Made by a program: the position numbers and the translations under genes. 64,000 bases of DNA from Isurus oxyrinchus (lineage: Eukaryota), in NCBI GenBank assembly GCA_026770705.1, contig JANJGN010000009.1, forward strand, positions 79,794,001 to 79,858,000. The letters are read 5' to 3'. This document shows positions 11,782 through 25,314 of the stretch, one piece after another (position 1 is the stretch's first letter; each line of letters opens with the position of its first letter). Under the pieces are notes generated by a model. That model did no database searches, had not been told where the DNA came from, and saw only the letters and a list, made by a program, of their open reading frames with translations.

Positions 11782-14700
11782 TGTGGTAATCTGAGGTGTA
11801 ATACACCTTTAAGAGTGTGTGAGCAGATTGACCACTTGACCATGAGGCCCGATAGCTGTGTAGCACGGGCTACCATGTAAATGTTAGTCTAGAGTAGGTT
11901 CTGACTGTAGAATCACACATCATGTTAATGCTCTGTTGTTTGTGTAAATAAATAGTTTGTGCTTAATTTCATATTGGTCTCTACATTTGCAGTATATTGT
12001 AATCGACTCACCTGCTGACAGATAAGTGTGCAACTGGTTCGTGAGCAAAGCGACCCCATAATAGAACATAACAACTGGTGATGAGGCAAAACACAACCAG
12101 TCAACGGTACCAAGAAAAGCTGCGAAAACTCAACTGAAGTGAATTAGCTGTATTTTGCAGGCTGATTGTAAGTACAGCCCTCATCATACTAGTCAATGTT
12201 ATCTCCCTCCAGTATGTCACAATTTGGCTGCATTGAACTGTTTGATCAGACCACTGATGACTGGTCACAGTATATTGAACGCCTCGCCACTTTCTTTTGG
12301 CCAACGACATATCGGGGAGGAGAAGAGGCAGGTGATCTTCTTATTGATGTGTGGCAGTAAAACATAAGGCCTAATCCAAAGTCTAACAGCACTCAATGCC
12401 ACAGATTCCAAATGCTTTGATGAGTTGGTGAATCTTGTGAAAAGCCAATTTTAGCCAAAACTCTCAGTACCAACACAATGTTTTAAATTCAATTCAAGGT
12501 GTTGCATCCCTGGAGAGACAGTCAGTTGCTATGTAGCAGCCTTAAAACAACTGACATGTTAAGAGACCGGTTAGTGTGTGGGATTAACTAAAATGCCATT
12601 CAAATAAGATTGTCAGAAACAAATTTAGACCTCAGCAAGGCGCTGGAGTTGGCATTCTCAATAGAGAGCGCAGTCAGGGATTCAGAAGCAATCAAGGGAG
12701 CACAAAATGGCGGCGTCCTTCACGTTGGGAGGGAGGCACCAGTTGGAAATGGCACGGCAGCGCAGGGCTCTGTGGAAAGGGGGAAACAGCCACCATTAAC
12801 AGACCAGCAAAAAGCAATGGTTTAACGGATAAAAACCACATTCATAATAGCAAAATTGGTAGCAGGGGAGGGTCCAACTTTACTTGGTTGGAACTGGCTT
12901 AAAGAATTAAAGTTGGAATGAACTGAGATTTTTCAACTCAGGATGAAAGAGCTGCAAGAATTATTACAGAAATATGCCCCTGTATTCAGGGAAGAGCTTG
13001 GGAAGATTCAAGGACTGTAAGCTAAAATCCACTTGGATCCTGGAGAAACCCCCAGATATTTGAAGGTGAGGCCAGTCCCCTATGCATCACAAGGAGAAAG
13101 TTGATGTTGAATTTGACAGGCTGGAAAGGTTGGGAGTCTTACAATCTGTACAATTTTCCGAATGGGCAGCGCCCATGGTTCCAGCACTAAAGCCTGACCA
13201 GAGAGTGTGAAAATGCAGGGACTACAAGTTGATTGTTAACAAAGCGGCCAAACTTGAGAGGCATCCTATACCAAAAATTGATGAATTGTACTCCAAACTG
13301 GAAGGGGGAACCACATAACAAAACTTGACATGAGCCACGCTTACCAGCAAGTTGAGCTAGAAAAGGCTTCTTGGGATCTTGTGACTATCAACACACATGG
13401 GGGTTATACCAGAATACCAGGTTACCCTTCAGAGTCTCATTGGTTTGTGCCATTTTCCAACGGACTATGGAAAATTTACTCTAAGGTCTACCCTGTGTAG
13501 GGGTTTAGCTCAATGATATCTAGTAAAAGGACAAACTGATCAAGAACACCTGGCTCACTTGGAAGAGATATTGAAGCATTTCTCACAAGCCAGAGTACGT
13601 TTGAAAAGTGAAAAATGTATCTTCCAAGTAAAAGAAGGGATTTACCTGGGTCATTGGGGCGACTGTCAGGGCCTTCACTCAGTAGAAGACAAGGTGAGAG
13701 CTATTTGTGAGGTGCCAGCACCGAAAACCGCCACAGAACTCAAGTCCTGCTTGAGAATGGTTAACTACTATGGTCGTTCCCTCTCAAATTTGTCAAAAGT
13801 ACTTGGCAAGCCCCACAACAACAGGCTTTGATGGCAATAAAGCAGTTACTATGTTCATCGGCCTTGTTGGTACATTTCAACCCAAAGAAAGAATTGATTT
13901 TAACTTGCGATGCATCGCCTTACGGAGTAGGGGCAGTACTCTCCCACGGATGGCGGATGGTTCTGAACTACATCTGAAGAACGCTCAGTGTGGCAGAATG
14001 AAAATACTCACAAATAGAGAAAGAAGGCTTATCCATTGTATGTGTCATTAAGAAATTCCACCAATACATCCATCATCGCCATTTTACCATCATATCCAAT
14101 CACATGCCACTACTGGGCTTGTTTGGAGAAGATAAGGCATTATCTTCAATTGCCTCAGATGGATTCAAAGGTGGGCACTGATTCTAGCTGCTTACGAATA
14201 TACTTTTATCCACCGGCCGGGAAGTAAGATTGCCAAAGCCGATGCACTAACCCATTACCCCTGACGGACAATAATGTGAATGTCCCCATCCCTCAAGAAC
14301 TTGTCTTGTTAATAAACTTTCCAGATTCGACAACAGTGAATACCAAACAGATCAGAGAATGGACAGACCACGATCCAGTTTTGTCTCATGTCAGGGAACA
14401 AGTCTTGCAGGGATGATTTAAGAGCCAAAGTCAGACAAAAGGAGGCCATGTTTTAACAGGAGATAGAGTTCACCTGCCAGGATGGCATCTTATTGTGTGG
14501 AGTGAGAGTCATTGTGCCTCCCAGAGGAAGACAACCATTATTGATAGAATTGCATAGCATTCACCCCAGTATTTCTAGAATGAAATGTTAACGCGCAGCT
14601 ACTTATGGTGGTCAGGGATGAACACTGAGAACATAAAAATGGTCAAGAGCCGCATGCAGTGCCAGCAGGTGCAGAAATTGCCTCCTTCTGCTCCACTGCA

Positions 14701-17043
14701 CCCTTGGGAATGGCCAGGGAGTAGCTCGCAGCAGAACACCCTTTTGATGCCGGGGTCCCTTGATAAGACTTTGAATGCAGTTGAACAAGGGATGCCTCCC
14801 CACCCCAGACAGGCAGGTGGGACTTCCACCCGAGGTCCTTAACCTTAAGGAAAGGCCCGCCGCCAGCCTGTCAAAATATCAGCCCTCAACTCTGTCTCTA
14901 AAGGATTCCCCACCACCAATATTAGGCACAAGGGTTTGCTTGTTGTGCTCCCCACATGGCAAGCTCCAACTGCTGGGTTAATACCAGCAGTGGTGGGATG
15001 AGGCCCTAAGGAGGCCTTAATTGGCCATTTAAGCATCTCAATTGGCAACAGGGCAAGAAGATCATCTGCAGGCCTTTCCACCATAGACTTAATTGGGGTG
15101 GAGGTGAGAATGTGGTGGGGTTCACAATAGCAGAAGATTTTGGCCAACATTAATTTTCACTTGGAAAAATATAAATGAATAACTGACAGCTAGGATGGGT
15201 GGCTTTGTTAAAGGCAAATCAATGATTGACCAACTTGATTAAGTTTTTTGATGAAATAATGGAGAAGGTTGATTAAAGCAGTATGTTTAATGCTGTATTT
15301 ATGGACTTTCAAAAGGCATTTGACAAAGATTTATATAATAGACTTGATAGCGAAATTCAGGCCCAAGGGATTAAAGGGTTAGTGGCTACATGGATATGAA
15401 ATATAAGACAGAAAGCAGAGATTAGTAGTCAATGCAAAAGCAGAATGCCACTGGAAATCTGAAATAAAAACTGAACGTGTTGGAAATACTCAGCAAGTCA
15501 TGGCAGCAGCTGTGGAGAGAAAAACGGAGTTAAAGAGTGGAATTTAATAGAACCCACCAGAACTGGCATGATAACAGGAGGACTGGGAGAATCGGGCAGC
15601 AGTACCCACATTCAGATTCCCGAAGTTGGGAAAACTGACTTCAGTTAAGTTGGGGGCAGGAAGGGCTCAATGTGGGAATCCCACCCACCAGTGCCAGGGT
15701 GTGGGTGAGCGCTGTGATGAGTCTTCAGGGAGGGTGCCTCCAGATTCCTCTTCAGAGATTTCTTCGGGGCTTGATTGGAGGCCCTTGGCCATAGACTCTG
15801 TCGGCCTTTTTAGGGCACAATGTTCCTCTTACTTATTGACTCATTCCAAATGGATGGATGCATCCGAGGTGAGGTCACCCACATCTGCCACCACCACAGA
15901 CAGATTGCATCAGAGTTTTGCAATACATGGTTTACCAGAGATAATAGTGTATGATAATGGAACAGCATTCACCAACGGGAATTCCAAAGATTAACAAATC
16001 ACATGTCAAGACCTTGCCATACCACCCTGTGTCCAATGGGTTGGCTGAGAAGGCAGCCCAGGCCTTTAAGGCTGGAATAAAAAAACTAAATGGGGACTCC
16101 ATAGCGACAAAATTATCACATTTCCTGCTCAGCAATTGGACTACGCCACATATGACCACCAGTGTTGCCCCCACAGAGTTATTAATAAAGAGACGTCTCA
16201 GGACACAGATAAGCCTCATAAGGCCAAATTTAGTGGGGAGGGTAGAGAGAAGGCAGGGGGCCAGAAAAATGAACACAATTACCACAGTTGTGAAAGAAAC
16301 TTCACTATAGGAGAAGCTGTTTTCACAAAGAACTTTGGAGATGGGCCCAAATGGCTATCAGGCAAAGTCAGTACAGAGACAGGACCCCTGTCCTACTATA
16401 TACTGGTTGATAATCAGGAGACATGTAGATCACCTCAGGAAAAGGGAAACAGATCCATAAGTAAAGGTGCATCAAACATTCCCATTTGGGTCTACACCAC
16501 AAGGAGAAGGAACTCCTCTTGCTTTGGAATTACCTGTAGGACCTGTTGAGCCTGAGAGGGTTGAAGAGGCAAACTTACAGGTTCCTACTGGGGAGCCTTG
16601 TTGACTGATAACTCCTGACAGGGAGGCCTCAGGTAAACCATCTGAAGTCGTAGAACTACATCAGTCGACATATTTGAAAAAGCCTCTTGAGAGGCTAAAT
16701 TTGCAAATAGTTAATATATTGTAAAATGTACCTTCAAGTAAAGGGGAGGGATGTGGTAATCTGAGGTGTAATACACCTTTAAGAGAGTGTGAGCAGATTG
16801 ACCACATAACTATAAGACCCAATAGCTGTGTAGCACGGGCTATCACATTACTGTTAGTCTAGAGTAGGGTCTGGTTGGAGGAGCATACATCATGTTAGTG
16901 CTCTGTTATTTGTGTAAATAAATAGTATATGCTTCATTTCATATTGGTCTCTGCATCTGCAGTATATTGTAATAGACTCACCAGCCGACAGATGAGCGTG
17001 CAACCAGTTCACAAGCAAAGCGACCTCATAGTAGAACATAACA
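11782..17043 (+). mobile_element. Decayed full-length Ty3/Gypsy LTR retrotransposon
   Basis: 292-bp LTRs TGT...ACA at 11782-12073 and 16752-17043. PBS TGGTGATGAGG at 12076 (degenerate tRNA-Ser(GCU)-type TGGCGACGAGG). PPT AAAGGGGAGGGA before the 3' LTR. Frameshifted gag, RT, RNase H and integrase remnants (EWAAPMV, MVNYY, CDASPYG, PYHPVSNGLAE, GPLSY). No TSD discernible. Confidence 0.92.
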
Positions 17044-17369
17044 CATCACAACCTGATTGAATCCAATCTAAGATTCCAGGCATGCATTTACCAATAAAGC
17101 CACCATTTCCTGGACAATTATTCATAAGTAAAGAGATTAAGGGATACACTTCAAGCAGTTATATATAGCTCGATGATTTTAAATGGAATTGTGCCTAAGG
17201 TGCTGTTTATACAACACCAGTCATCAGCTCCAGATGCATCCAACTGTCTGTGTCCCACAGCCAGGTTATTGTCAGCATTTGCATGAGCATTGATTTTCGG
17301 CCTTGCTGAGACTGCACTAGAGCTTGTGATTGAGTTCGTGCCTGCTCTATATGCTTTTGGAGACACCAA

Positions 17370-18009
17370 GGGCAGAATTTTTCGCTCATTGGGTGGGCGC
17401 GTGCCCGACCCGAACGAACGTAAAATGACATGCGATATTTCAGTCAGTGGGTGTGCATTGGAGTTGGCAGCGTGCTCCCCGACAATTAAAAGGCTTATTA
17501 AGGCCATTAAGAATGTAATTGATTTAAATTTTTTGCTGCTCATCTAACTGTCTGGTTGACAGGAAGGTGAAAAGGCTAAGCGGCTGTTGCATTTTTTGTG
17601 AAACCTCATCCATGGGTGGGATGAGGTTTCGGTTTGTCATTAGAAAAAAAAAAAAATTCATACTAATTGCTAACATGTCCCGGCTTATGTGACAGTCAGA
17701 TGAGGGGACATGTTTTTTAACATTTTAAAATGCTTCATTTTTAATTTTTCATATCTTCATTTCCCTGAGGCAGCTCTGTGCCTCAGGGAGCTTTACCTGC
17801 GCACATGCACAAAGTTCCCCGCTCACCCACCTCCACCACCACCCCCCTCCCTACATAGGTAGTGCTGAGCGCTGCAGCATGTGTTTCACGCTGGGCAGGC
17901 CTTAATTGGCCCTCCAGCGTGAAATCGTGGTCCGGCCCCGATCGTGGGCAGCAGTTGGATTCCCGACCTCTCCCACCCACCCCCGCCTGACGAGAGCAAA
18001 ATTCTGCCC
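17370..18009. mobile_element. Harbinger-type MITE
   Basis: TIRs GGGCAGAATTTT / AAAATTCTGCCC with TSD CAA on both sides. Confidence 0.85.
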
Positions 18010-18549
18010 CAAGTTACCAACAGGGATTACTTTGTTTCTGATCAAGCTGCTTTGTATTCAGCTCAGTGAGGCAGCAGGTCCTCCCTGCAATTAGACGACT
18101 GATGGAAAGAGTTTTGTAAAGCAGGAGGAGGGTGTCTCGTAGAGAAGCCAAATAAGGTGCTGTGTCCAGTGTTTATGCAATCTAAAATAAAAATGAATAA
18201 CGCCCATGACATTTGAAATTTTTAAGCCTGGTCAGGTTTATTGATGAGTGATCCAAGAATAAGTTCTCTAAGTCATCTGGAAGGGTGACTAAGTCACGCA
18301 ATGAATTTCATCTTTGAAAAGCAATGCACATGATATTGGAACTGATAGTATAAAAGTGAGAATTTGGAATTGATGCCTATAAACAGCAAATGCATTCACC
18401 TTCACTTTAGTCAACTTAAGTGAGCATCCTGCTGTAAGTGATAGTGTATCAAACACTGATGTAGCAGGAAGGGGGAAGGAGTTACAGTTAATTTATTGAG
18501 TCTTTATTGATAAATCATACTCTAGTTGAATCAATGAAAAGGGAAAGAA

Positions 18550-19575
18550 AAGACTTCTGTATGGTACTTCATCCCATCACAAGTTTCTAAGGCAATTTGT
18601 ATTCAGTAAATTATTTTGAAGTGCAGTGAGCTGTTATATAAGCAAGTGTGACAGCTGTTTTGCGGACAGCAAGATCCCACAGGCAGGAGTCAATCTATTT
18701 TAGGATGTGGGAGAAATATTGGCCAATGCATCAAGAGAAATCCCTGGTCATCTCCAAAGAGTGTCATGGAACCTTTAGCATTTGCTTGAACTACAGGATT
18801 GGCAGATAGGGTGTTGGTTTAATATTTCATCCAAGGAACAGCCCCCTCATTCAGCAACTGTCAGTATTGTACTGTGGTCTAGAAGGTTAGGATTTCCCAG
18901 TCAGCAAACAGGTGGCGGAGATTGCTCGCCGACGTAAAATGACGTGGGATGATGTTGGGCGGACCTCCCAAATCAGCTGTGTGCCCGCCAACCTGTCAAT
19001 GGCCAATTGAGGCCATTGACAAAATAGTTAAAAGTAATTAATGGACCTGCCCATCCAACCTTAAGGTTGGCTGGCAGCCGGGAGTCCTGAAGGGCTTCAG
19101 AAAAAGCGTCAAACTCAACCACGGGCGGGATGAGGTTTCATGTAGGTTTTAAAAATTTAATAAAATTGTCAATGAAAGTGATGGACATGTCCCAACTCAT
19201 GTGACAGTGTCACATGAGGGGACATGTCAGGGAAATTTATTTCTTCTGTTTTTAAAATTTTTTCAGGCAGCACTTAGCCTCAGGGAGATAAGTGTGCTCT
19301 TTCGCACCCTCGGCTCAGGGAATCCCTCCCATCCGCACAGGAAGCGCATAGCGCTGCCTTGTGGACGTCATGGTGGTTAAGGCCCGCCCATGTAAAATGG
19401 CGGCGCGCTTCTGATCGGGGGTGCCAATTGGAGGCGCGCCTCCACACGCCTGCTCCTAAACTTCCCCCCCAATAGGGGGAAAATTCTGCCCTATGAGCTA
19501 AAGATCTGGAGTGGGTTTAGAAACTACAAACTTTGACTCTGAAGTCATAATGCTCTCAATTGAGCCAAGCTGATA
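18550..19575 (-). mobile_element. Old tRNA-headed Deu-domain-like SINE split by a MITE (MITE at ~18884-19491)
   Basis: Reverse-strand head tggctcaattg...agagtca at 19500-19575 and Deu-like body (ggatgaaatattaaacc, ttgctgtccgcaaa) at 18550-18880. The MITE ends GAAAATTCTGCCC at 19491. Confidence 0.6.
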
Positions 19576-19699
19576 AACTCCAAAATATACCTAAGCCGAG
19601 GAGAGTTAGTGTGGTATTCTCCGTGTGGTATGTTTACTGCACTGCTAGTGCAAAGTAATAGGCTAACAACTTCTTTGGATGGTACACTCTGGATTTAGG

Positions 19700-20657
19700 T
19701 ATGAATTAGGCAGATGAGGGCGGGTGAAGAAATGGCCAGAAATCCTAAGACCCACACCTGAACACAGCATGTCCCTTTCTCATGGGGGCGGGAGTGGAGG
19801 CAGGCCAGGGTTCATGCATACGAGGTTCAAGGAGGCAGCTGGCCATTTAAGTCACCAGCTGCCTCCCCTGAAGTGGGATCTTGGTAGGCCAGGAGTGAAA
19901 AACAGAAGTGTGCAGATTAGGCCAATTAAGAGGAGCTCTGAACTTGTGGACTTGTTTGGACAGCCAGGGTAGCCCTTTGCAGAGGTAAGGTACCATTTTG
20001 GATCTGGTCCTGTGACACATTTAGGAGAGGTAAGGCACCCTTTGAAGTTGTTAAAAGTAAACATGATTGTGCATAAATAGTGCATAGGCTCATTGGAACT
20101 GTCAGGCTGTCAAAGAACTGTCAAGTTGACAAAGAACTGTCATATCAAGGACTATCAAAGAACTGTCAATGAACCGTGAAACGATACCAGGTGGGTTGGC
20201 AGAGAAGAGGGAAAGGGAAAGGAGGGAGATACATGGGTTGACACTAAGTTTGCATAGAGACTATAAAGAAACATGGGGATGTGAAGAGCATAGGGGGTAT
20301 AAGGGCCATGGGGGGTGGGTGAGGGGCATGAGGTGGCATAAGTTGACATGGGTGGGGCATGGGCAGTGTGTGGGGGTGGTGAAGGCTGGAAGGCTGTTAT
20401 TTTCTTTTTAAAATATTTCATTCAACACAGTGCCAAAGCATAGAGGCAGGCCTTATGCCAGTCTGCCTCAGCACCCAGCAGCCTCCGCACTCATTACGGG
20501 AAGGCGGGCCCAACTTCTAATCCAGCCTGATGCTGCCCCCTGTTCCACACCCGAAACAAGAATCCAATATATGGGTGGCTATTTTTAAAGGACGGGTTCA
20601 CAGACCCGGGAATTCTCCCACCTCTGTGTCCTCGACCTGGGAGTGAAAATCTAGGCC
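19700..20657. mobile_element. Degenerate Harbinger-like non-autonomous element (second family)
   Basis: Ends GTGAAAATCTAGGCC (TIR-like) and has a GC-rich body with ggccaattaa motifs. Left end uncertain. Confidence 0.4.
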
Positions 20658-20886
20658 AGGATGTTTCCCATGTTTATTCTGTGAGGTGGATATAAACAAG
20701 GCATTTTATATCAAACAGTATATTTTGGACAGCTTATTACTTATACTTATTATGGTACTTCTAAGTGCATTGTATAGACCAAACCCTTCAAAATTGCTTT
20801 CATGAAGAATTCGTGCTTCTCTGCAAGTTGCTAATAAGTTACTTAATTATTTTAAAACAACAGTTTTTCAAACAACATTCCACATA

Positions 20887-21495
20887 TGGCAGAATTTTTA
20901 GCTGAACTGGTGGGAATGCATCCAACCCGCTCGAGCATAAAATAATGCTAATAAAATCACGCGATATTGCGCACGGCAGGCATGTGCGGGCATTGGCAGC
21001 GCACCCGCTGACCATTATCAGGCCTATTAAGGCCAATTAAATTAATAATTAAATGGAAATTTTGGTCTGGCCTTTGGATTTTTTATGAAACCTCATCAGT
21101 GGGGGGGTGGGGGGGCGGGGATGAGGTTTCAAACAAGAATTAAAAATACAATAAAAATGTCCATTTATAGTGACAAAGCCACATGAGGGGGCATGTTTTT
21201 AACATTTTTAAATTCTTTATGTATGTTTTTAAAAATCTTCAGCTCCCGAGGCAGCTCTGTGCCTTCAAGGAGTTTTCAGTGCGCGTACCTGAGTGTATGT
21301 GCAAACCTTCGTGCTTGCCCTCCTCCCGCCCCCACCCAGGCAGCACTCATTGTTGTAGCGCGTGATTCACGCTGGCTGGCCATTAATTGGTTAGCCAGCA
21401 TGAAATCTATATCAGGGCCCGATCATGAGCGGCTGTCGACTTTGCAACCGCTCCTGGGCCCGCCCGCTGCGCCTGATGAGATAAAAATCCTGCTC
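20887..21495. mobile_element. Harbinger-type MITE
   Basis: TGGCAGAATTTT ... AAAATCCTGCTC ends and family motif aaacctcatc...gatgaggttt. Confidence 0.7.
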
Positions 21496-21907
21496 ACAGA
21501 GTATCAACTTCCAATCATCAGTTAAACTGAGAAGCAATCTCTGAATTTGGCAATCATAGTCCCCTCTATAAATTCACTCAACAAAACACCATTTGTTACA
21601 AAAGTATGGGGGGTTCATTCAATCTCCTAGAAACCTCATCAACTTGTTAGCAATAAACCTCTTTTCTTGACAATCTGGGATCTCCAGTTAAGTCTTCATT
21701 GCCTACCAGAATAAATAACACCCTCCAAGCTAATGAGGAAACAAACCATAAATCAATAATCTATTAAAGGCCAGATTATTACAGTTTTTCAATCTAAAAT
21801 ACTGCTGTTGAGCGTACTGCAGTAAAATTCCACAACTCACTTGTTTGCATTAGTTTGTGCCTCAGTGAGGTTCGTTAAGTAGCTGGCTAGCATAAGAAGG
21901 AACTTAC

Positions 21908-22003
21908 CTCCACCTGTTGGCAGATTTGAATGAGTCTGCCCATCTGTGACTCCAGCTCAGTGTTCCTCTTCACCAGATTTGTAAGGTTAGCCTCCAATGC
22001 TTG
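21908..22003 (-). CDS. MID2: Internal coding exon (96 bp, phase 0/0) of the MID2/TRIM1-like gene, directly upstream of the 2675-2782 exon
   Basis: Minus strand reads ...caccacag|CAAGCA...GTGGAG|gtaagt and translates to [32 protein letters not shown], close to recalled MID2 [32 protein letters not shown]. It splices in frame to the next exon across a ~19.1-kb intron. Confidence 0.92.
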
Positions 22004-23082
22004 CTGTGGTGAGACAAGAAATAGTCATGTGAGTTTTCAGCTGCTATGTCCTTCCATATTAGCTATTTTTTATGCTCATCAAGTTGAAGGGTGTAGGCAC
22101 ACAATTTCTGTCATGTTGAGTTACCATTAAAAAACATGGATCAAATAAAACCTGCAAAATGAATCTACTTTCCGCCCAAGTAACGTAAATTAGCTCAAAC
22201 TCAGGCGAATGTCCCTCTATCTGCACCAATCTGACATTTCCACATCCACTGATCAACTGTTAATTAGGGTCATGGTATGCAGTGGATTCATGCTCACCAG
22301 CAACTGGGTCAAAATGGCCTAAACCCATTTGACATAGGACCATCATAACAGCAGAGAGGGGGAAATCTCAATCCCGTCAATCTGGGCTAGATTCAACAAA
22401 TGTTCCGACGTTGAAAGGAGATTGCCTGGTCCGTGATCACCCAGTCTATGCACCACTTACATTTAACTTAAACTTCAAATCCAAAGAAGGTAGATATAGC
22501 ATGTTAAATCCTAATGCATTATGCCATTAATTTGTTTTTTAGCCATGTAGAGGAACATTTAGAAAATATTTCTTATGCGGCATTCATGACCATCATCTCA
22601 CGTTTATTCAAATAGTTTATGGAGATTAATTAATGGTGGAGGAAGATTACAGGAATATGTGCCATCTCATGTTAGTGTAGTCACCACACAAATGAATGGC
22701 ACATTTCTATTTCCTCTAGTATGGATTACATTTTACCTTCTAGCTGTCTGGGGGAATTGGACAACTATACTGCACACAGTAATTTGCTTTTATATCATTG
22801 TATTTACATAGGTTTTAAGACCATTATAAACATTTTGACATCTGAATTTGACATCATAGATGTAAAATATCAACCATATGCAGAAAACAGAATGGTGGCA
22901 TAACAGAGTGCATCACAAACAAGGGTGCAAAAGTTGGGAATTTGGTGCAGAGGGGATGGAGGTGTAGCTTTTGCTTTCAATACTTGTAGTGGTTCATGTT
23001 ACATGTAAACATTTAATCTATCTATAACTTAAGCAAGATCAAATAATTTGTTAAAAGATTAAAATGTATAAGCTAAGTGTAA

Positions 23083-23610
23083 ATAGAAACATAGAAACAG
23101 AAAAACTAGGAGCAGGAGTAGGCCATTCGGCCTTTTGAGCCTGCTCTGCCATTCAATATGATCATGGCTGATCCTCTATCTCAACGCCATATTCCCACAG
23201 CAGCAGGAGAGAAGGCCCAGGACAAAGCATGGACCTAAGTGGCATACGAGCAATTGAATTAGGAGCAGGAGTAGGCCACTCGGCCTCTTGAGCCTGCTTC
23301 GCCATTCAATAAGATCATGGCCTATCGGATTGTAACCTCGACACCACATTCCCACGAACCCCTGTTAACCTTTCACCCCCTTGCTTATCAAGAATTTATC
23401 TACCTATGCCTTAAAAATGTTCAAAGACTCTGCTTCCATCACCTTTTGAGGGACAGAGTTCCAAAGACTCACGACTTTCAGAGAAAAAAACTTCTCCTCA
23501 TCTCAGTCTTAATTGGGCGACCTCTTGTTTTTAAACAGTGACCCCTCGTTCTAAATTCTCCCACAAGGGGAAACATTCTTTACACATCCACCCTGTCAAG
23601 ACCTTACAGG
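23083..23610 (-). mobile_element. Two adjacent CR1 3'-end fragments
   Basis: Tail atagaaacatagaaac, then taggagcaggagtaggcca.tcggcc...gccattcaata.gatcatgg occurring twice (23107 and 23260). Confidence 0.75.
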
Positions 23611-23669
23611 ATAGCAAGTTGGTAATTGTCTTTTATTCTCTAAACTAAGAACTTTAGCGAGTAGTCTAA

Positions 23670-25260
23670 TAAATCAAGGTATGGCATTCTAGTTTTGTCA
23701 AATGCTCATCCTGTCCCATTTGGGAACTCCAGGACTCCCTGGACAGCCATATGTTCTGTCACCATTCCCTCATCAGCTAGAGCAGCTGAAGCAGTAGCTG
23801 GCATCACTGGTCATAAGGCTGAGGGCTATACGGATAGCACATTCCAGGAGAAGGTCACCTTACAGCCTAAGGGTGTGCAGGAGAGGGGAAAGGGGTGACC
23901 ACTGGACAGTCTAGGTGGTTCAGGCAGGTATTGCAGGAGCCTCTTGTGTGCATCTTGCTCTCTAACTGGGATTAGTTCTGCATTCTGGTGAGGACAATGT
24001 ACTCTGAGCAGTACAGTCAGAGCCAAGGCCACAACACTGTGGACAACTCAGCTATACAGGAGGGCTGAAGGCAGTGCAGTTCAGGAAAGCAATAATGGTA
24101 GAGTATTCAATAGTTAAAGGAAGAAATAGGTGTTTCTGCAGCTGCAAACTTGAATCTGGGATGGTATATTTTTCTTGAGGGTCAAAGCTGTCATTGAGTA
24201 GCTAAGAACATTCTGAGGGGAGGATGAAAAGCCAGAGGTTATGGTCAGTGTTAGTACCAATGACATAGTAGAAAGAGGTATGAGGACCTGCATGCAGATT
24301 TTAGGAAGTTAGGAAAGAAAAGAAATAGCAGGACCTCAATGGTAGTAATCTCCATAGTAATCCTGGTGCCACACACAGCAAGTGCAGAAATAAAATGTTG
24401 TAGATGGATGTATGGCTGAAGAGATAGTGCCGGAAGATATCAATGGACGGGTGAGGTGGGCGGAAAAGTCGCCACTGGAATTCAATCCAGAGGAGTATGA
24501 GGTATTGCAGTTGGAAAGGGCAAACAAAGCCAGGAGATACAGAATAATTAATAGGAAACTGAGAAGTAGAAAGGAACAGAGGAACCTTGGAGTGCATATG
24601 CACAGATTCATGATGGTGGCAGGGCTAGTAAATAAGGTGATTAAGAATGCTTACAGGATACTTTCTTTTATTAGCAGAGGAAAAAGAATAGAGGAGCAAT
24701 GAAGTTTTCCCAGAGCCATACAGAACACTAGTTTGGTCACAACTACAGTACAGCATACAGTTTTCTCGCCACATTACAGGAAGGAGGTGATCGCATTAGA
24801 AAGGATACAGAGCAAGTTTATGAGGATCATGCTAGGAACAGAGAACTTTAGCTATGAGGATTGGTTGGTGTTGCTTCTTTGGAACAGAAGAGGCCGAGGA
24901 TAGATTTAGTTGAGATGTATAAAATTATGAGGGGCCTAGATAGTGTGGATGGGAAGGCTCTATATCCTTAGCAGAGAATTTAGTAAAAAAAAGATTTAAA
25001 GTAATTGGCAGAAGGATTAGAGGGGAGTTGAGGAGAATATTTTTCACCCTGAGGTTGGTGGAGGCCTGGAACTCACTGTCTGAAAGGACAGTAGAGAGGC
25101 AAACCCTTATCACATTTAAAAAGTAATTGGATATGCTGCTGAAGTGTCATAACCTATAGGGCTACACACCAAGAGCTAGAAAATGATATTAGGCTGGATA
25201 ACTCTTTTTCAGAGTCACAATGGGCCGAATAGCCTCCTTTTGTGTGGCAAATATCCTATG
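23670..25260 (+). mobile_element. Highly decayed, internally deleted CR1
   Basis: ORF1-like remnants, then ORF2-end remnants (VRWAEK...EFNPEEYEVLQL, AYRILSFISRG) and 3' end gggccgaatagcctcct. Confidence 0.7.
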
Positions 25261-25314
25261 GGCTGCAGAATACACAGAAGGTGGATTCCCTTCACACTTG
25301 GCTGGCTCACTCCG

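Noticed and set aside
11778-17048. Target-site duplication for the Gypsy element
   Set aside because: The flanks (ctttt vs catca) do not match, so no TSD is claimed. Decay or recombination cannot be distinguished here.
17151-18094. Possible host exon interrupted by a MITE (ORFs 17151-17543, 17290-17547)
   Set aside because: No recognisable protein similarity, a stop in the plus frame, and no room in the MID2 exon chain, since the two real exons splice directly in frame.
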